From contig JBHYGA010000001.1 of the NCBI GenBank assembly GCA_051859245.1, forward strand, positions 1,629,722 through 1,693,721: a stretch of DNA of 64,000 bases, in the 5' to 3' direction. Shown piece by piece: positions 1 through 10,037 of this stretch. Under the pieces are notes generated by a model. The model was not told the DNA's origin. It worked only from the letters and a program-made list of their open reading frames with translations, and did not search any database. This DNA is from Gemmatimonadaceae bacterium. GTDB taxonomy: Bacteria > Gemmatimonadota > Gemmatimonadetes > Gemmatimonadales > Gemmatimonadaceae. Within the stretch, counting starts at the first letter, position 1; each line of letters begins with the position of its first letter. Made by a program: the position numbers and the translations under genes.

Positions 1-1
1 G

Positions 2-484
2 CTCGATGCCGGCACGGAAAGCCCGCAGGAACTGGTAGACGGGTTGCTCGCCCTTGTTGGCGATGACATGCAGGCGCAGCGTTGTTCGCTCATGCTCATC
101 GCGCCAGAGCCGGATCATTTATACCTCGCAGCCGGGCGCGGGCTCGCGCCGCACGTGACGCTCGGCTTGCGCACGCGCATCGGTGAAGGTGTCTCGGGCC
201 GCGTAGCGGCGGCTCGGGAACCGCTGCTGGTACAAGATGTTTCACAAGCCGACCGACACCCGTTGCTGCGCGATCAGTATTTTACGACTGGCAGCTTTAT
301 CAGCTTTCCCCTTGTGTATCACAACGAGCTTGTTGGTGTTGTGAACCTGACCAATCGCGCCAAGCTTGGTGTGTATTCAGAGGAAGACGTGGAACGTGTG
401 CGAATTCTGGCGCTTGTGATTTCGCTGGTGGCGTGGAACGCGCAGCTCGCGGATCGACTCGTCGTGGCACTCAATGCCGATTGA
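2..484 (+). CDS. GAF domain-containing protein, 5'-partial (frame open to window edge)
   Basis: GAF-like motifs RCSLML, IGEGVSGRVAAAREPLLV and SFISFPLVYHNELVGVVNLTN; no stop in frame back to position 2. Confidence 0.8.
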   Translation, partial: LDAGTESPQELVDGLLALVGDDMQAQRCSLMLIAPEPDHLYLAAGRGLAPHVTLGLRTRIGEGVSGRVAAAREPLLVQDVSQADRHPLLRDQYFTTGSFISFPLVYHNELVGVVNLTNRAKLGVYSEEDVERVRILALVISLVAWNAQLADRLVVALNAD

Positions 485-1529
485 GCCCGGATCGCCGGAC
501 GCGCTCCGGCTGGCAATACGTCGTCTCGCGAGCGGCGAATCACTCGATGCCGATACGATCACTGGAGCCTTTGATGTCATCATGCGCGGCGAAGGCACGC
601 CCGCGCAGGTGGCGGCGCTGCTCATGGCGCTTCGCGTCAAGGGCGAGACAGTAGCGGAAGTTGCGGGTGTCGCGCGAGCGCTGCGTCGTGCGATGATCAC
701 CATTGACGTGCCCGACGCCGCATTTGTCGTGGATACGTGCGGCACCGGTGGCGGGACGCTCACCACGTTCAACATTTCCACCGCGGCGGCGCTCTTGGCT
801 GCCGGCGCAGGCGTGCGTATCGCCAAACATGGCAATCGCTCGTTCACATCGCGCTCCGGCAGTGCTGATGTGCTGGAGGCGCTTGGTGTGGCCATCGATG
901 GTCCACCCGAGGCGATGATTCGCGCGCTGCACGATGCAGGCATCACCTTCATGTTCGCACCGCTGATGCATCCGGCCATGCGGCACGTGGGTCCGGTGCG
1001 GCGTGAGCTCGCGATTCCAACGGTCATGAACATTGTCGGTCCGCTGGCCAATCCGGCGCGCGCGGGCCGGCAGGTGGTGGGCGTAGCAGATCGGGCGCGA
1101 CTGCCTCTGATCGCCGGTGCGTTGGCGGCGCTGGGCAGTGAGCGGGCGCTCGTGGTGCACGGCGAGCCCGGCATGGATGAAATTTCGCCGCTCGGCAACA
1201 CCACGGTGCTCGAAGTCACCGCGGAAGGCGTCCGCGAGTGGACAATCGACCCTGAATGGTCAGGCGTGCGAGGCGTGCGCGCGGAAGACCTGGCGGGCGG
1301 TGAGCCGGCCGAGAACGCGGCAGTGATTGAGGCCGTGCTGCGGGGCGAGGGTCCGCCAGCTGCGGAGGCCGCCGTGGTGCTCAACGCGGCGGCGGCGATC
1401 TACGTGTCTGGCACGCGCGAGAGCTATCAGGTTGCCATTGCGCATGCCCGCGAAGCGTTGCGCGATGGCGCAGGCTTGCGGGCATTGGCGAAGCTCCGCG
1501 GGTCGTTCGGACCGCCGCGCCCGGCGTAA
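474..1529 (+). CDS. trpD: Anthranilate phosphoribosyltransferase
   Basis: DTCGTGG, FNISTAAA, KHGNRSFTSRSGSADVLEALG and DEIS motifs. Confidence 0.97.
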   Translation: MPIEPGSPDALRLAIRRLASGESLDADTITGAFDVIMRGEGTPAQVAALLMALRVKGETVAEVAGVARALRRAMITIDVPDAAFVVDTCGTGGGTLTTFNISTAAALLAAGAGVRIAKHGNRSFTSRSGSADVLEALGVAIDGPPEAMIRALHDAGITFMFAPLMHPAMRHVGPVRRELAIPTVMNIVGPLANPARAGRQVVGVADRARLPLIAGALAALGSERALVVHGEPGMDEISPLGNTTVLEVTAEGVREWTIDPEWSGVRGVRAEDLAGGEPAENAAVIEAVLRGEGPPAAEAAVVLNAAAAIYVSGTRESYQVAIAHAREALRDGAGLRALAKLRGSFGPPRPA

Positions 1530-1546
1530 CCGGGCGACGGCGGTTT
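1511..1546. terminator. GC-rich hairpin between convergent trpD and lexA, probable terminator
   Basis: ACCGCCGCGCCCGG-CGTAA-CCGGGCG(A)CGGCGGT followed by a short T run. Confidence 0.55.
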
Positions 1547-1554
1547 GGTACTGC

Positions 1555-2163
1555 TTAGTACCGGCGCAACACGCCAACCACGATGCCCTGAATGCGCACG
1601 TCGTCTTCGTGCACAATGAGCGGGGCCATGGTTTCATTGGCTGGCTGCAGCCGAATGCGACCATCTCGTTCACGGAAATACCGTTTGACAGTGGCGGCGG
1701 CGCCGTCGAGCAACGCGATGACCATTTCGCCGTTATCGGCGGAATGACGCTCATTGACCACCACATAGTCACCATCTTCGATGTGGTCTTCGATCATGGA
1801 TTCGCCGCGAACTCGCAGCACGTAGTGACTGCCATTGCGACGCAGGAACCCGTCTGGCACCGCAATGCTCTCGTTGTGCGACAACGCTTCAATGGGCGAC
1901 CCGGCCGCCACCAGCCCCAAGAGCGGCAACTCAACGGACCGCTGAAAAATGTCGCTCGGCAGAATCTCGATGGCCCGACTCTCATTGTACGAGCGCTTGA
2001 TGTAGCCTTTGCGCTCGAGATTCGTGAGGTGCTCGTGAACCGTGGCGAGCGAGTTATAGTTGAACCTGGAGGCGATCTCCTCGAAGCTCGGCGCGTAACC
2101 GTTGTCTTCGGCGTACGACGTGAGGAAACTCAGGATCTCGCGTTGGCGCTTGGTAAGCGGCAT
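1555..2163 (-). CDS. lexA: SOS repressor LexA
   Basis: MPLTKRQREIL wHTH start, VAAG cleavage site, VRGESM (Ser) and ATVKR (Lys) catalytic motifs; GGAG SD upstream of ATG 2163. Confidence 0.97.
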   Translation of the reverse strand: MPLTKRQREILSFLTSYAEDNGYAPSFEEIASRFNYNSLATVHEHLTNLERKGYIKRSYNESRAIEILPSDIFQRSVELPLLGLVAAGSPIEALSHNESIAVPDGFLRRNGSHYVLRVRGESMIEDHIEDGDYVVVNERHSADNGEMVIALLDGAAATVKRYFRERDGRIRLQPANETMAPLIVHEDDVRIQGIVVGVLRRY

Positions 2164-2205
2164 GGCGGACTCCACAAGTGGGTGGGTACAGCGGTGGCGC
2201 CGAAG

Positions 2206-2263
2206 CAGAATTGCTCCCGAATACTTTCCGAAACAAGCTAACCGAACAGGGGCCGAAGTGCAA
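2206..2263 (-). promoter_or_regulatory. Predicted lexA sigma70 promoter overlapped by direct-repeat operator candidates
   Basis: Minus strand TTGCAC (2263-2258), 17 bp spacer, TAGCTT (2240-2235); CCGAA pairs at 2217/2228 and 2242/2253 (11 bp period). Confidence 0.7.
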
Positions 2264-3109
2264 GCAGTTGATGGACTCCGAGGATTAGATCCCAATCGCG
2301 CCGACGTCTGGACACCACCCACCGGAACGCTTGGACGACTCACCGATGCCGCGCATGCGCGCGCCGCACGGGTGGTTCACACCCTGCCGGCGCTCAAATC
2401 GCAGTGCGCGGATCTGCCGGCGCCGCCCTCATTCGAGACGGCGCTGCGCCGCGAAACGCTGGCCATCATCGCCGAAATCAAGCGTGCGTCCCCGTCCAAA
2501 GGACACATCGCGCCGGGACTCAACGCCCGCGAACAGGCCGAGGCGTACGAGCGCGGTGGCGCCGCGGCGATTTCTGTCTTGACCGAGCCCGATGAGTTCG
2601 GGGGCTCGCTCGACGATCTGCGTGAGGTGGCGCGTCATGTCGCGCTGCCCGTGCTGCGCAAGGATTTCATCGTGCACGCGGTGCAGATCTGGGAAGCACG
2701 CGCGGCGGGCGCGGCCGCCGTGCTGTTGATCGCGCGATCGCTCTCACCGGACGCGTTGCCCGCCCTGTACCAGGCATCCCGTGCAGCCGGGTTGGATGTG
2801 CTCGTCGAGGTCCGTGACGCCCGAGAGATGCAGCGAGCCATCGATGTTGGGGCGCGCGTGATTGGCGTGAACAACCGCAATCTGGAAACGCTGGTGATTG
2901 ATCCCGCAACCGCTCCGCAGCTCATGCATCTGGTACCGCCAGATCGCATTGCCGTGGCCGAGAGTGGTATGGCATCGGTGAACGACGCAACGGCGGCGCA
3001 ACAGGCCGGTGCAGACGCACTGCTCATCGGGTCGGCGATCTCCGCGGCGACCGATCCGGCGCATGCTGTGGCTGCGTTTGCGCAACTCACGCGCGTGGCG
3101 CGTGCCTGA
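2258..3109 (+). CDS. trpC: Indole-3-glycerol phosphate synthase
   Basis: IAEIKRASPSKG, ISVLTEP, LRKDFI, IGVNNRNL and AESG motifs; GTG 2258 start is inferred. Confidence 0.95.
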   Translation: MQAVDGLRGLDPNRADVWTPPTGTLGRLTDAAHARAARVVHTLPALKSQCADLPAPPSFETALRRETLAIIAEIKRASPSKGHIAPGLNAREQAEAYERGGAAAISVLTEPDEFGGSLDDLREVARHVALPVLRKDFIVHAVQIWEARAAGAAAVLLIARSLSPDALPALYQASRAAGLDVLVEVRDAREMQRAIDVGARVIGVNNRNLETLVIDPATAPQLMHLVPPDRIAVAESGMASVNDATAAQQAGADALLIGSAISAATDPAHAVAAFAQLTRVARA

Positions 3110-3776
3110 CGCCGCATCGCACGTGCAAGCGCCACGCATCAAGTTCTGCGGACTCACGAAACAGACGGACGCGCAGTACGCCGCTGAACTCGGCGCCGCG
3201 TTCGTAGGCGGTATTCGCGCCGGTGGTCCGCGCCTGCTCGGCACCGACGCCTGGCGCGACACCATGCGCGGATTGCCGGCGAACGTGTTGCGCGTTGCGG
3301 TACTTGGCGCGTTGTCGCCCGAAGAGGTGATGGCAGAAGTCGAGTCACTCGGCGCGGACATCGCACAGTTGCACGGTGATCCCGTCGCGACTGAAGTGGC
3401 GCTTCTTGCAAAGAGCGGCGTGCGCGTATGGCCGGTGCTTCGCGTGTGCGGCCACGAGCTGCCGCGCGAGGCCTGGGCGCTGGCGGCGCACGCCGACGCG
3501 CTTGTGCTCGACGCGCTCGTGCAGGGGCAACTTGGTGGCACGGGTGTCGCGCTGAACTGGCAGGCACTGCGCGAGAGCGTGGAACGTTGGCGACACGAGT
3601 TCCCGAACGTACAACTCGTGTTGGCGGGCGGGCTGAATGCGGACAATGTCGCGCACGCCATTCAACTGCTTGCGCCCGATGTCGTCGACGTATCTTCAGG
3701 AGTGGAAATCGCACCGGGGATCAAGGATCCCGAGCGGATGCGAGCCTTTGCAGACGCAGTTCGAGGAAGTCATTGA
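3102..3776 (+). CDS. trpF: Phosphoribosylanthranilate isomerase
   Basis: [24 protein letters not shown] and DVSSGVE motifs. Confidence 0.95.
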   Translation: MPDAASHVQAPRIKFCGLTKQTDAQYAAELGAAFVGGIRAGGPRLLGTDAWRDTMRGLPANVLRVAVLGALSPEEVMAEVESLGADIAQLHGDPVATEVALLAKSGVRVWPVLRVCGHELPREAWALAAHADALVLDALVQGQLGGTGVALNWQALRESVERWRHEFPNVQLVLAGGLNADNVAHAIQLLAPDVVDVSSGVEIAPGIKDPERMRAFADAVRGSH

Positions 3777-4981
3777 TGGAACCCACGGGAGCAGTACTGG
3801 CGGAGCGGGACGGAGACCGGTTTGGCGGATTCGGCGGACGGTACGTGCCGGAAACGCTGGTCCCGGCGCTCGATGCACTTGATGCCGAGTTCGATGCGGC
3901 GATGGTTGATCCGGCATTCCTCGCCGAGCTCAACGACATGCTGCGCAACTATGTAGGCCGGCCCACGGCACTGAGCACCGCGCCGCGCCTCTCGGACCTG
4001 GTCGGTGCGCCGGTCTGGCTCAAGCGCGAAGACCTCAATCACACGGGCGCCCACAAGATCAACAATACGGTGGGGCAGGCACTGCTGGCGCGTCGCATGG
4101 GAAAGACCCGGATCATCGCGGAAACGGGCGCCGGACAGCATGGCGTGGCCACCGCGACGATTTGTGCCCGGTTCGGGTTGGAGTGCGTCGTATATATGGG
4201 CGAGGAAGACATGCGACGGCAGTCGCTGAATGTGTTCCGCATGCGGCTCATGGGAGCGACGGTTATTCCCGTGACCGCCGGCACCCGCACTCTCAAGGAT
4301 GCAACCAGCGAGGCCATTCGTGATTGGGTCACCAATGTTAACGAAAGCCACTACATCATCGGCTCGGTCGTCGGACCAGCGCCGTATCCGCGTATGGTGC
4401 GCGACTTCCAGCGCGTGATCAGTCGCGAGGCACGTGCGCAGATGCTTGAGCGGGCCGGGCGGTTGCCCCGGACCGTGGTCGCGTGCGTTGGTGGCGGGTC
4501 CAACGCCATGGGCGCGTTTGCGGACTTTGTGAACGATGCCGATGTCGAGCTCGTGGGTGTGGAAGCGGCCGGTGAGGGGTTGGGTACGGATCGCCACTCG
4601 GCATCGCTGACCAAAGGCACACCAGGTGTGTTGCACGGCGCGTTGAGCTACCTGCTGCAGGACGAAGCCGGTCAGGTGCATCCGGCGCACTCCATTTCCG
4701 CCGGCCTCGACTATCCAGGCGTAGGTCCTGAGCACGCATTCCTCAAAGACAGCGGGCGCGCGGAGTACGTGAGTGTCACCGATGCGGAAGCCCTCTCGGG
4801 TGTCTCCGTGTTGAGTCGCCTCGAAGGCATCATTCCCGCGCTGGAGACCGCACACGCCGTCGCGTGGATTGTGCGGGAGAAGGGACGGTGGGCGGCAGAC
4901 GAACCCGTACTGCTCTGCGTGAGTGGTCGCGGCGACAAGGATGTCGGCACCATGACCGAACACTTGTTGCCCACTTTGTGA
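3776..4981 (+). CDS. trpB: Tryptophan synthase beta chain
   Basis: [15 protein letters not shown] (PLP Lys), [17 protein letters not shown] and SGRGDKD motifs. Confidence 0.98.
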   Translation: MEPTGAVLAERDGDRFGGFGGRYVPETLVPALDALDAEFDAAMVDPAFLAELNDMLRNYVGRPTALSTAPRLSDLVGAPVWLKREDLNHTGAHKINNTVGQALLARRMGKTRIIAETGAGQHGVATATICARFGLECVVYMGEEDMRRQSLNVFRMRLMGATVIPVTAGTRTLKDATSEAIRDWVTNVNESHYIIGSVVGPAPYPRMVRDFQRVISREARAQMLERAGRLPRTVVACVGGGSNAMGAFADFVNDADVELVGVEAAGEGLGTDRHSASLTKGTPGVLHGALSYLLQDEAGQVHPAHSISAGLDYPGVGPEHAFLKDSGRAEYVSVTDAEALSGVSVLSRLEGIIPALETAHAVAWIVREKGRWAADEPVLLCVSGRGDKDVGTMTEHLLPTL

Positions 4982-6705
4982 CGTCAGTGATCAGCGCCCC
5001 GGTCGAACAGGACGTCGCCTCTCATCCGTTGATTGAAGAGGCGTTGCGGACGTTTGCCAAGGCGTTCAGGGCGTGGCAGTTGTATTTGCCAAACAATCCA
5101 ACACGCGAACGGGCGCTGAGCATTTCACGCGCAGCGTTCGTCGCCTGTTGGACTGCAGGGATTGAGCAAATCCGGTTGCAGGTGCGGGAAGCGGAGTTTC
5201 TGCACAACGGGCATCCGGTCCTCCGTGAACTCGAACGACCATCCGACGGAATCCCGTGGATTCTCTATCGTGATGGATTTCGCGAGCTCACGATCATGCC
5301 GGGCTTCGAAACCGAAGCGCTGGACGCAATGCTGGCGTTGCTCCAGCGCGCTCGACAGGCAGCGCCCGACGATGACGATCTCGTCACCATGCTCTGGGTC
5401 GCCGACCTCGAGTCGCTGCACTATCGCTACGTCGAGGTGGGCACCAACTACGATGGTCTGCTGAGCCCGGGCGCGCACGCCGCGGGCGGTACCGGGGCCG
5501 GCAGCACAGAGTATGTTCGCCCCGCGCCGCGCGCCGAAGCACTCGATGACGCGCCCGCGTTTGAATCTGCGGCGCCTGCGGGTTTGGTGCGCGTTGAAGA
5601 CTTCGACAGCACGCTGTACTTCCTCGATCGTCGAGAGCTGGCGTATCTGCAGGAGGAGGTGCGCGCCGAATTCTCGGCCGATCCGCGACGCGAAGTGCTT
5701 TCGATTCTGTTTGATATTGTGGAGGTACAATCAGACTCCGCGGTGCGCGCAGAAGCGATTGATCGGATTGACGAGCTGATGGTGAATCTCCTCACTACCG
5801 GCACCTACGATCTGGTGGCGCTCGGGCTTCGCGAAGCTACAGAAACGCTGCGTCGTGTTCCGGAGCTTGATGAACGCGCGCGCCATCGCGTGCTCTCACT
5901 CGCCGATCGTTTGAGCGAACCGGGTGTGATTGGGCAGTTGCTCCAGGCTGTGGACGAAGGCACGCGTGCGCCTGGCGCCGAAACACTCGAAGCGCTGGTG
6001 TCGGAGCTGCGTGGCGGTGCGCTCGCGCCGCTGCTGTCGTGGGTCACGCACTCGGCACCCGGACCGGCGCGTGCGGCCGTTGAACGCGCGGTCGTGGGAC
6101 TTGCCGAACGACAGACAGGCGAACTTGTGCGTTTACTCACCAGTGATGACGCGTCTACGGCACTGGGCGCGATTCGACTGAGCGGACGTTTGCGAACTGC
6201 GGCGGCGGTACCAACACTTTCGCAACTGGTACGCACCAGCGATCTCGCCGTGCGTGTAGAAGTGGTGCAGGCACTCGCCTCCATTGCATCGCTTGGCGCC
6301 ATGCAGGCGCTTGAATCGGCACTTGATGATCCTGAACGAGACGTTCGCGTCGCGGCGCTCAAAGCGGTTGGCGCGCAGCGACACGCGGGCGCGCTCTCGC
6401 GTCTCACCGCGGCGCTGCGCAAGAAGGAACTGCGCACGGCGGATCGCAGCGAAAAAACCGCGCTCTTTGATGCGTTTGGTGCGGTGTGCGGCGACGCGGG
6501 CGTCCCCGCACTTGATGCCGTGCTGAACGCGCGTTCACTGCTCGGCCCGAAGGAATCACCGGAAATGCGGGCCTGCGCGGCGCGTGCGCTCGGACTCGTC
6601 GGCACCGAATCCGCTTTTGCGTCGCTTCGCAAGTCGGCGGATACGCGCGATGCCGTGGTGCGCAACGAAGTGGCGCGCGCCCTGCGAGTGGGAGGCAATG
6701 CGTGA
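4978..6705 (+). CDS. HEAT/PBS-lyase repeat protein
   Basis: C-terminal repeated helical units ([41 protein letters not shown]); GTGA overlap with trpB stop. Confidence 0.8.
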   Translation: MTSVISAPVEQDVASHPLIEEALRTFAKAFRAWQLYLPNNPTRERALSISRAAFVACWTAGIEQIRLQVREAEFLHNGHPVLRELERPSDGIPWILYRDGFRELTIMPGFETEALDAMLALLQRARQAAPDDDDLVTMLWVADLESLHYRYVEVGTNYDGLLSPGAHAAGGTGAGSTEYVRPAPRAEALDDAPAFESAAPAGLVRVEDFDSTLYFLDRRELAYLQEEVRAEFSADPRREVLSILFDIVEVQSDSAVRAEAIDRIDELMVNLLTTGTYDLVALGLREATETLRRVPELDERARHRVLSLADRLSEPGVIGQLLQAVDEGTRAPGAETLEALVSELRGGALAPLLSWVTHSAPGPARAAVERAVVGLAERQTGELVRLLTSDDASTALGAIRLSGRLRTAAAVPTLSQLVRTSDLAVRVEVVQALASIASLGAMQALESALDDPERDVRVAALKAVGAQRHAGALSRLTAALRKKELRTADRSEKTALFDAFGAVCGDAGVPALDAVLNARSLLGPKESPEMRACAARALGLVGTESAFASLRKSADTRDAVVRNEVARALRVGGNA

Positions 6706-8180
6706 TGCAGCGAACGGCGGCGCAGGACGCAAGCAGCTCCGCACGCGCGAGCGGGCCGCTGTTTGACGCGAATGACGAGCGACGCGCGCGAGCCGTCGTG
6801 GTGTCGCTCCACGGTGCCCTTCGGGCCGTGCGTTTGTACCCGATCGAGAATAGCGCGGTACAAAAAGCTCTGGCCGAGTTAGACGCCAGTTGTGGTCGCG
6901 TGATGTCCGATGGCGCGTCGTGTGAGGTGCGCCGGACCGGCGATTTCATTTTTGTGAATGAAGCGCGCGTTCGACTTGCGCTCGACAACTACGCGGCGGT
7001 GGCGTACGTGCTGTCGTTGTTTCGCGAGGCGGGCATTGGCAGTTTGCGCGTCACGCAGCGTGCCGAGCCGAGGGCGTGGGTGGTGCTGCTGGCATTCCTG
7101 CAGGCTCCGCCGCTTGAGTATCCGGAAGACGCGCGGCTCGGACAGCTCGAGCAGCGACTCGCACAGGCCGATGTCCACTGTTTTGAGTTTGATCCTCCGG
7201 CCGACGAACTCGAGTCGGAAGATGAACTCGATGCCCGAGAGCGGGCGCGTCAAACGTACATGCGTTCACTTGACGTGACGCGTGACGTGATGAATGCGGC
7301 GCGGCTGGGACGGAGCCCGAGTCTGAAGCGCGTCAAGCGCGCGGTGCAGGGCATCGTTGACAGCATACTCACCGATGCGTCATCGCTGATTGGGTTGACG
7401 ACGTTGCGCGAGTTTGACGAATACACATTTGTACACAGCGTGAATGTGTGCATTCTGTCCGTGTCGCTCGGTCGCCGGCTCGGGCTATCAAAGCCGCAGT
7501 TGCTGGATCTCGGCGTAGCCGCGCTGCTGCACGATATCGGAAAATCGCGCGTACCCACCGAGGTGTTGAACAAACGCGGCGCGCTGGATGATGCGGAACG
7601 ATCGCTGATTCAGACGCATACGTGGCAGGGGTTGCTCACCATCTTCTCGCTCCCGGTGGGTTCAGGACGCCCCTGGCGTGCGATGGTGTCCACCCATGAG
7701 CATCACATGCGCATGGACCTGAGCGGCTATCCCGTGAGCGTCCGTCCGCGTCGCTTGAGTTTGCTCAGCCGCATCATTGCGGTCGCCGACGGATTTGATG
7801 CCGCTACGACCACGCGTGTGTATCAGGACACCCCGTGGTCGCCCGCCGATGTGCTGCAGGGTATGCGTGATAACGCGCGCTTGGGCTTTGACTCGGTACT
7901 GGTAAAGGCGTTCGTCAATCTCACCGGCATTTACCCGATCGGCACGGTGGTGGTACTCGACTCATTCGAGTTGGGCCTCGTGCACGCGGCCAATCCCGAC
8001 GAGACCGCGCTTTCACGTCCGATTGTGCGCGTGCTCTCGGACGCCCAGGGCAACATGCTGCCGGAGCCGCCGCTGGTGGACTTGTTGGCAAAGGACGCGG
8101 CAGGTCATTATCTCCGAACCATCATCCGGACCGACGACCCCGATCGCTGGGGTATTCGCGTGTCCGACTACTTCGCTTGA
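6702..8180 (+). CDS. HD-GYP domain protein (putative cyclic dinucleotide phosphodiesterase)
   Basis: YTFVHSVNV, LLHDIGKS, HEHHMRMDLSGYP and IAVADGFDA motifs. Confidence 0.88.
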   Translation: MMQRTAAQDASSSARASGPLFDANDERRARAVVVSLHGALRAVRLYPIENSAVQKALAELDASCGRVMSDGASCEVRRTGDFIFVNEARVRLALDNYAAVAYVLSLFREAGIGSLRVTQRAEPRAWVVLLAFLQAPPLEYPEDARLGQLEQRLAQADVHCFEFDPPADELESEDELDARERARQTYMRSLDVTRDVMNAARLGRSPSLKRVKRAVQGIVDSILTDASSLIGLTTLREFDEYTFVHSVNVCILSVSLGRRLGLSKPQLLDLGVAALLHDIGKSRVPTEVLNKRGALDDAERSLIQTHTWQGLLTIFSLPVGSGRPWRAMVSTHEHHMRMDLSGYPVSVRPRRLSLLSRIIAVADGFDAATTTRVYQDTPWSPADVLQGMRDNARLGFDSVLVKAFVNLTGIYPIGTVVVLDSFELGLVHAANPDETALSRPIVRVLSDAQGNMLPEPPLVDLLAKDAAGHYLRTIIRTDDPDRWGIRVSDYFA

Positions 8181-8208
8181 TTACAGCCCTCGGGCCGCAG
8201 CTTCTGAC

Positions 8209-9000
8209 GTGAACGCTACCACTGCTACGCCGTCCAGCATCGACGCGCGCTTTACTCAGCTGCGCGCCGAAGGTCGGCGTGCGCTCGTTGCCTACGTAAC
8301 CGCCGGACATCCAACGCCCACCGATAGCGTCGCGCTGATGCGCGGGCTTGAGCAGGCGGGCGTCGATATCCTTGAAATCGGTGTGCCCTTCTCGGATCCG
8401 CTGGCCGATGGACCAGTTATTCAGCGCAGCTCGCAGATTGCGATTGAGCACGGCATGTCGCTGAATCGCACGCTCGAGCTCATTGCTGAAGCGAAGCTCA
8501 CCATTCCGGTGGTGTTGTTTTCCTATCTGAACCCGATCATGGCAGGCGGGGCGGATGTGCTTAAGCGCGCCAAAGCTGCGGGCGTCGCGGGAGTGCTCGT
8601 CACGGATATGCCGGTCGGCGCCGATCCCGTACGCGAGGCCTGGTTCGGCGAGAGTGGTCTCGATTTTGTGCGGTTGGTCGCGCCAACCACGCCGTCCGAA
8701 CGCATGGCCGAGATCGGTCGACACGGTGGCGGGTTTGTCTATCTCATTTCACGACTCGGTGTGACCGGTGAGCGTGAGACACTCGCGCTCGATCTACCAG
8801 ACTCCGTGTCTCGACTGCGCGCCGCAACCACGCTGCCGATTTGTATTGGCTTTGGCATCTCCACGCCGGAACAAGCGCGCGCGGCCGCTGCGCTCGGCGA
8901 CGGTGTGATCGTCGGGAGCGCGATTGTGCGCGCGGCGGAGGAGTCCGTTGCGTCAGCGGTGGCGCTCGCCGTGTCATTGCGGGCGGCAATGGACACATGA
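8209..9000 (+). CDS. trpA: Tryptophan synthase alpha chain
   Basis: LEIGVPFSDPLADGPVIQ, LVAPTT, GVTG, GFGIS and DGVIVGSA motifs; start uncertain. Confidence 0.96.
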   Translation: MNATTATPSSIDARFTQLRAEGRRALVAYVTAGHPTPTDSVALMRGLEQAGVDILEIGVPFSDPLADGPVIQRSSQIAIEHGMSLNRTLELIAEAKLTIPVVLFSYLNPIMAGGADVLKRAKAAGVAGVLVTDMPVGADPVREAWFGESGLDFVRLVAPTTPSERMAEIGRHGGGFVYLISRLGVTGERETLALDLPDSVSRLRAATTLPICIGFGISTPEQARAAAALGDGVIVGSAIVRAAEESVASAVALAVSLRAAMDT

Positions 9001-9566
9001 GTCGTTCGGAGGCGTCGCACTCAACACCTGGCAGTGTGCCGCGACTTCCATCGTGGGCGATCGCTTCGGACAAACGACGTGGTCACATCGCGCGCGTGAC
9101 GGCGCTGCTCGACGCGTGGAGTGAGGCGCTCGGCCTTGACGAGGCAACACGCCAGGCCTGGCATGATGCGGGGCGCTGGCATGATGCCGTGCGCGATGGC
9201 GACGAGACCACGCTCCGCACGAACGCAGGTCACGACACACGCCCTCTCGGTTTGCTTCATGGTCCCGTGGCGGCCGCGTGGCTGGCGCGCGACGGTGAGC
9301 GGCGTGACGACGTGCTCGATGCCGTTCGCTGGCATACCACCGGCTGGGCGCAGTGGGGCCCGTTGGGACGCGCACTCTACATGGCCGATTTCCTTGAACC
9401 TGGCCGTCCATTCATGCAAGCGGATCGTGCGTTTCTGGCGCACCTTGTGCCCGTGCAGTTTGACGCGGTCTTTCGTCAGGTGGTGCGGCTTCGTTTGGAG
9501 TGGGCGCTCCGCGAAGGAAAGGGATTTGCGCCCGAGACAGTCGCGCTGTGGGACGCCGTTCGATGA
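8997..9566 (+). CDS. YqeK-like HD-domain hydrolase (putative symmetrical Ap4A hydrolase)
   Basis: RGHIARV, WHDAV, LLHGPVAA, RWHTTG and LYMADFLEPGR match the YqeK metal-ligand pattern. Confidence 0.75.
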   Translation: MSRSEASHSTPGSVPRLPSWAIASDKRRGHIARVTALLDAWSEALGLDEATRQAWHDAGRWHDAVRDGDETTLRTNAGHDTRPLGLLHGPVAAAWLARDGERRDDVLDAVRWHTTGWAQWGPLGRALYMADFLEPGRPFMQADRAFLAHLVPVQFDAVFRQVVRLRLEWALREGKGFAPETVALWDAVR

Positions 9567-9587
9567 TCGCTGTCTCGTGAGCTGATC

Positions 9588-10037
9588 ATGCGACGACTTG
9601 TGTGGGTGAGTGTGCTTGTGACAGCGATCGCGGTGGTCGGTTTTGGCGTGTGGTACTTTCGTGCGCCAACCGCCGTTGAGGCACCGAACGCTTCAGCGGT
9701 TGCGATGGCGGAGCGCGATACCGCCGGCCTCGCACCGGACAGCGTGCGTGTTCGCGTTCGCGTGCTGAATGGCACGAAGATCACCGGCCTCGCACGACGC
9801 GGCACCCAGCGACTTCGTGACTATGGCTACGATGTGGTGGACTACAGCACCGCATCGGATTCAAGCGCGCGAACCATCGTGGAAGTCGATCGCAGCTCTC
9901 GCGCGTACGCCGATCGGATTGTCAGAGCGTTGGGTGGCGGCGTAGTACGAGAACGCGATGAACCGTCGCCGTACTACGATGTCACCGTCACGTTAGGAAG
10001 CGACTGGAAGCCGACGTCCCAGTCGTTCCGTCCGTAG
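9588..10037 (+). CDS. Membrane-anchored LytR C-terminal domain protein
   Basis: N-terminal TM helix; VRVLNGTKITGLARR and DVTVTLGSDW are LytR_C signatures. Confidence 0.85.
   Translation: MRRLVWVSVLVTAIAVVGFGVWYFRAPTAVEAPNASAVAMAERDTAGLAPDSVRVRVRVLNGTKITGLARRGTQRLRDYGYDVVDYSTASDSSARTIVEVDRSSRAYADRIVRALGGGVVRERDEPSPYYDVTVTLGSDWKPTSQSFRP

Noticed and set aside
1327..2241. 304 aa plus-strand ORF
   Set aside because: Antisense shadow of lexA with no recognisable motifs; long shadows are expected in GC-rich DNA
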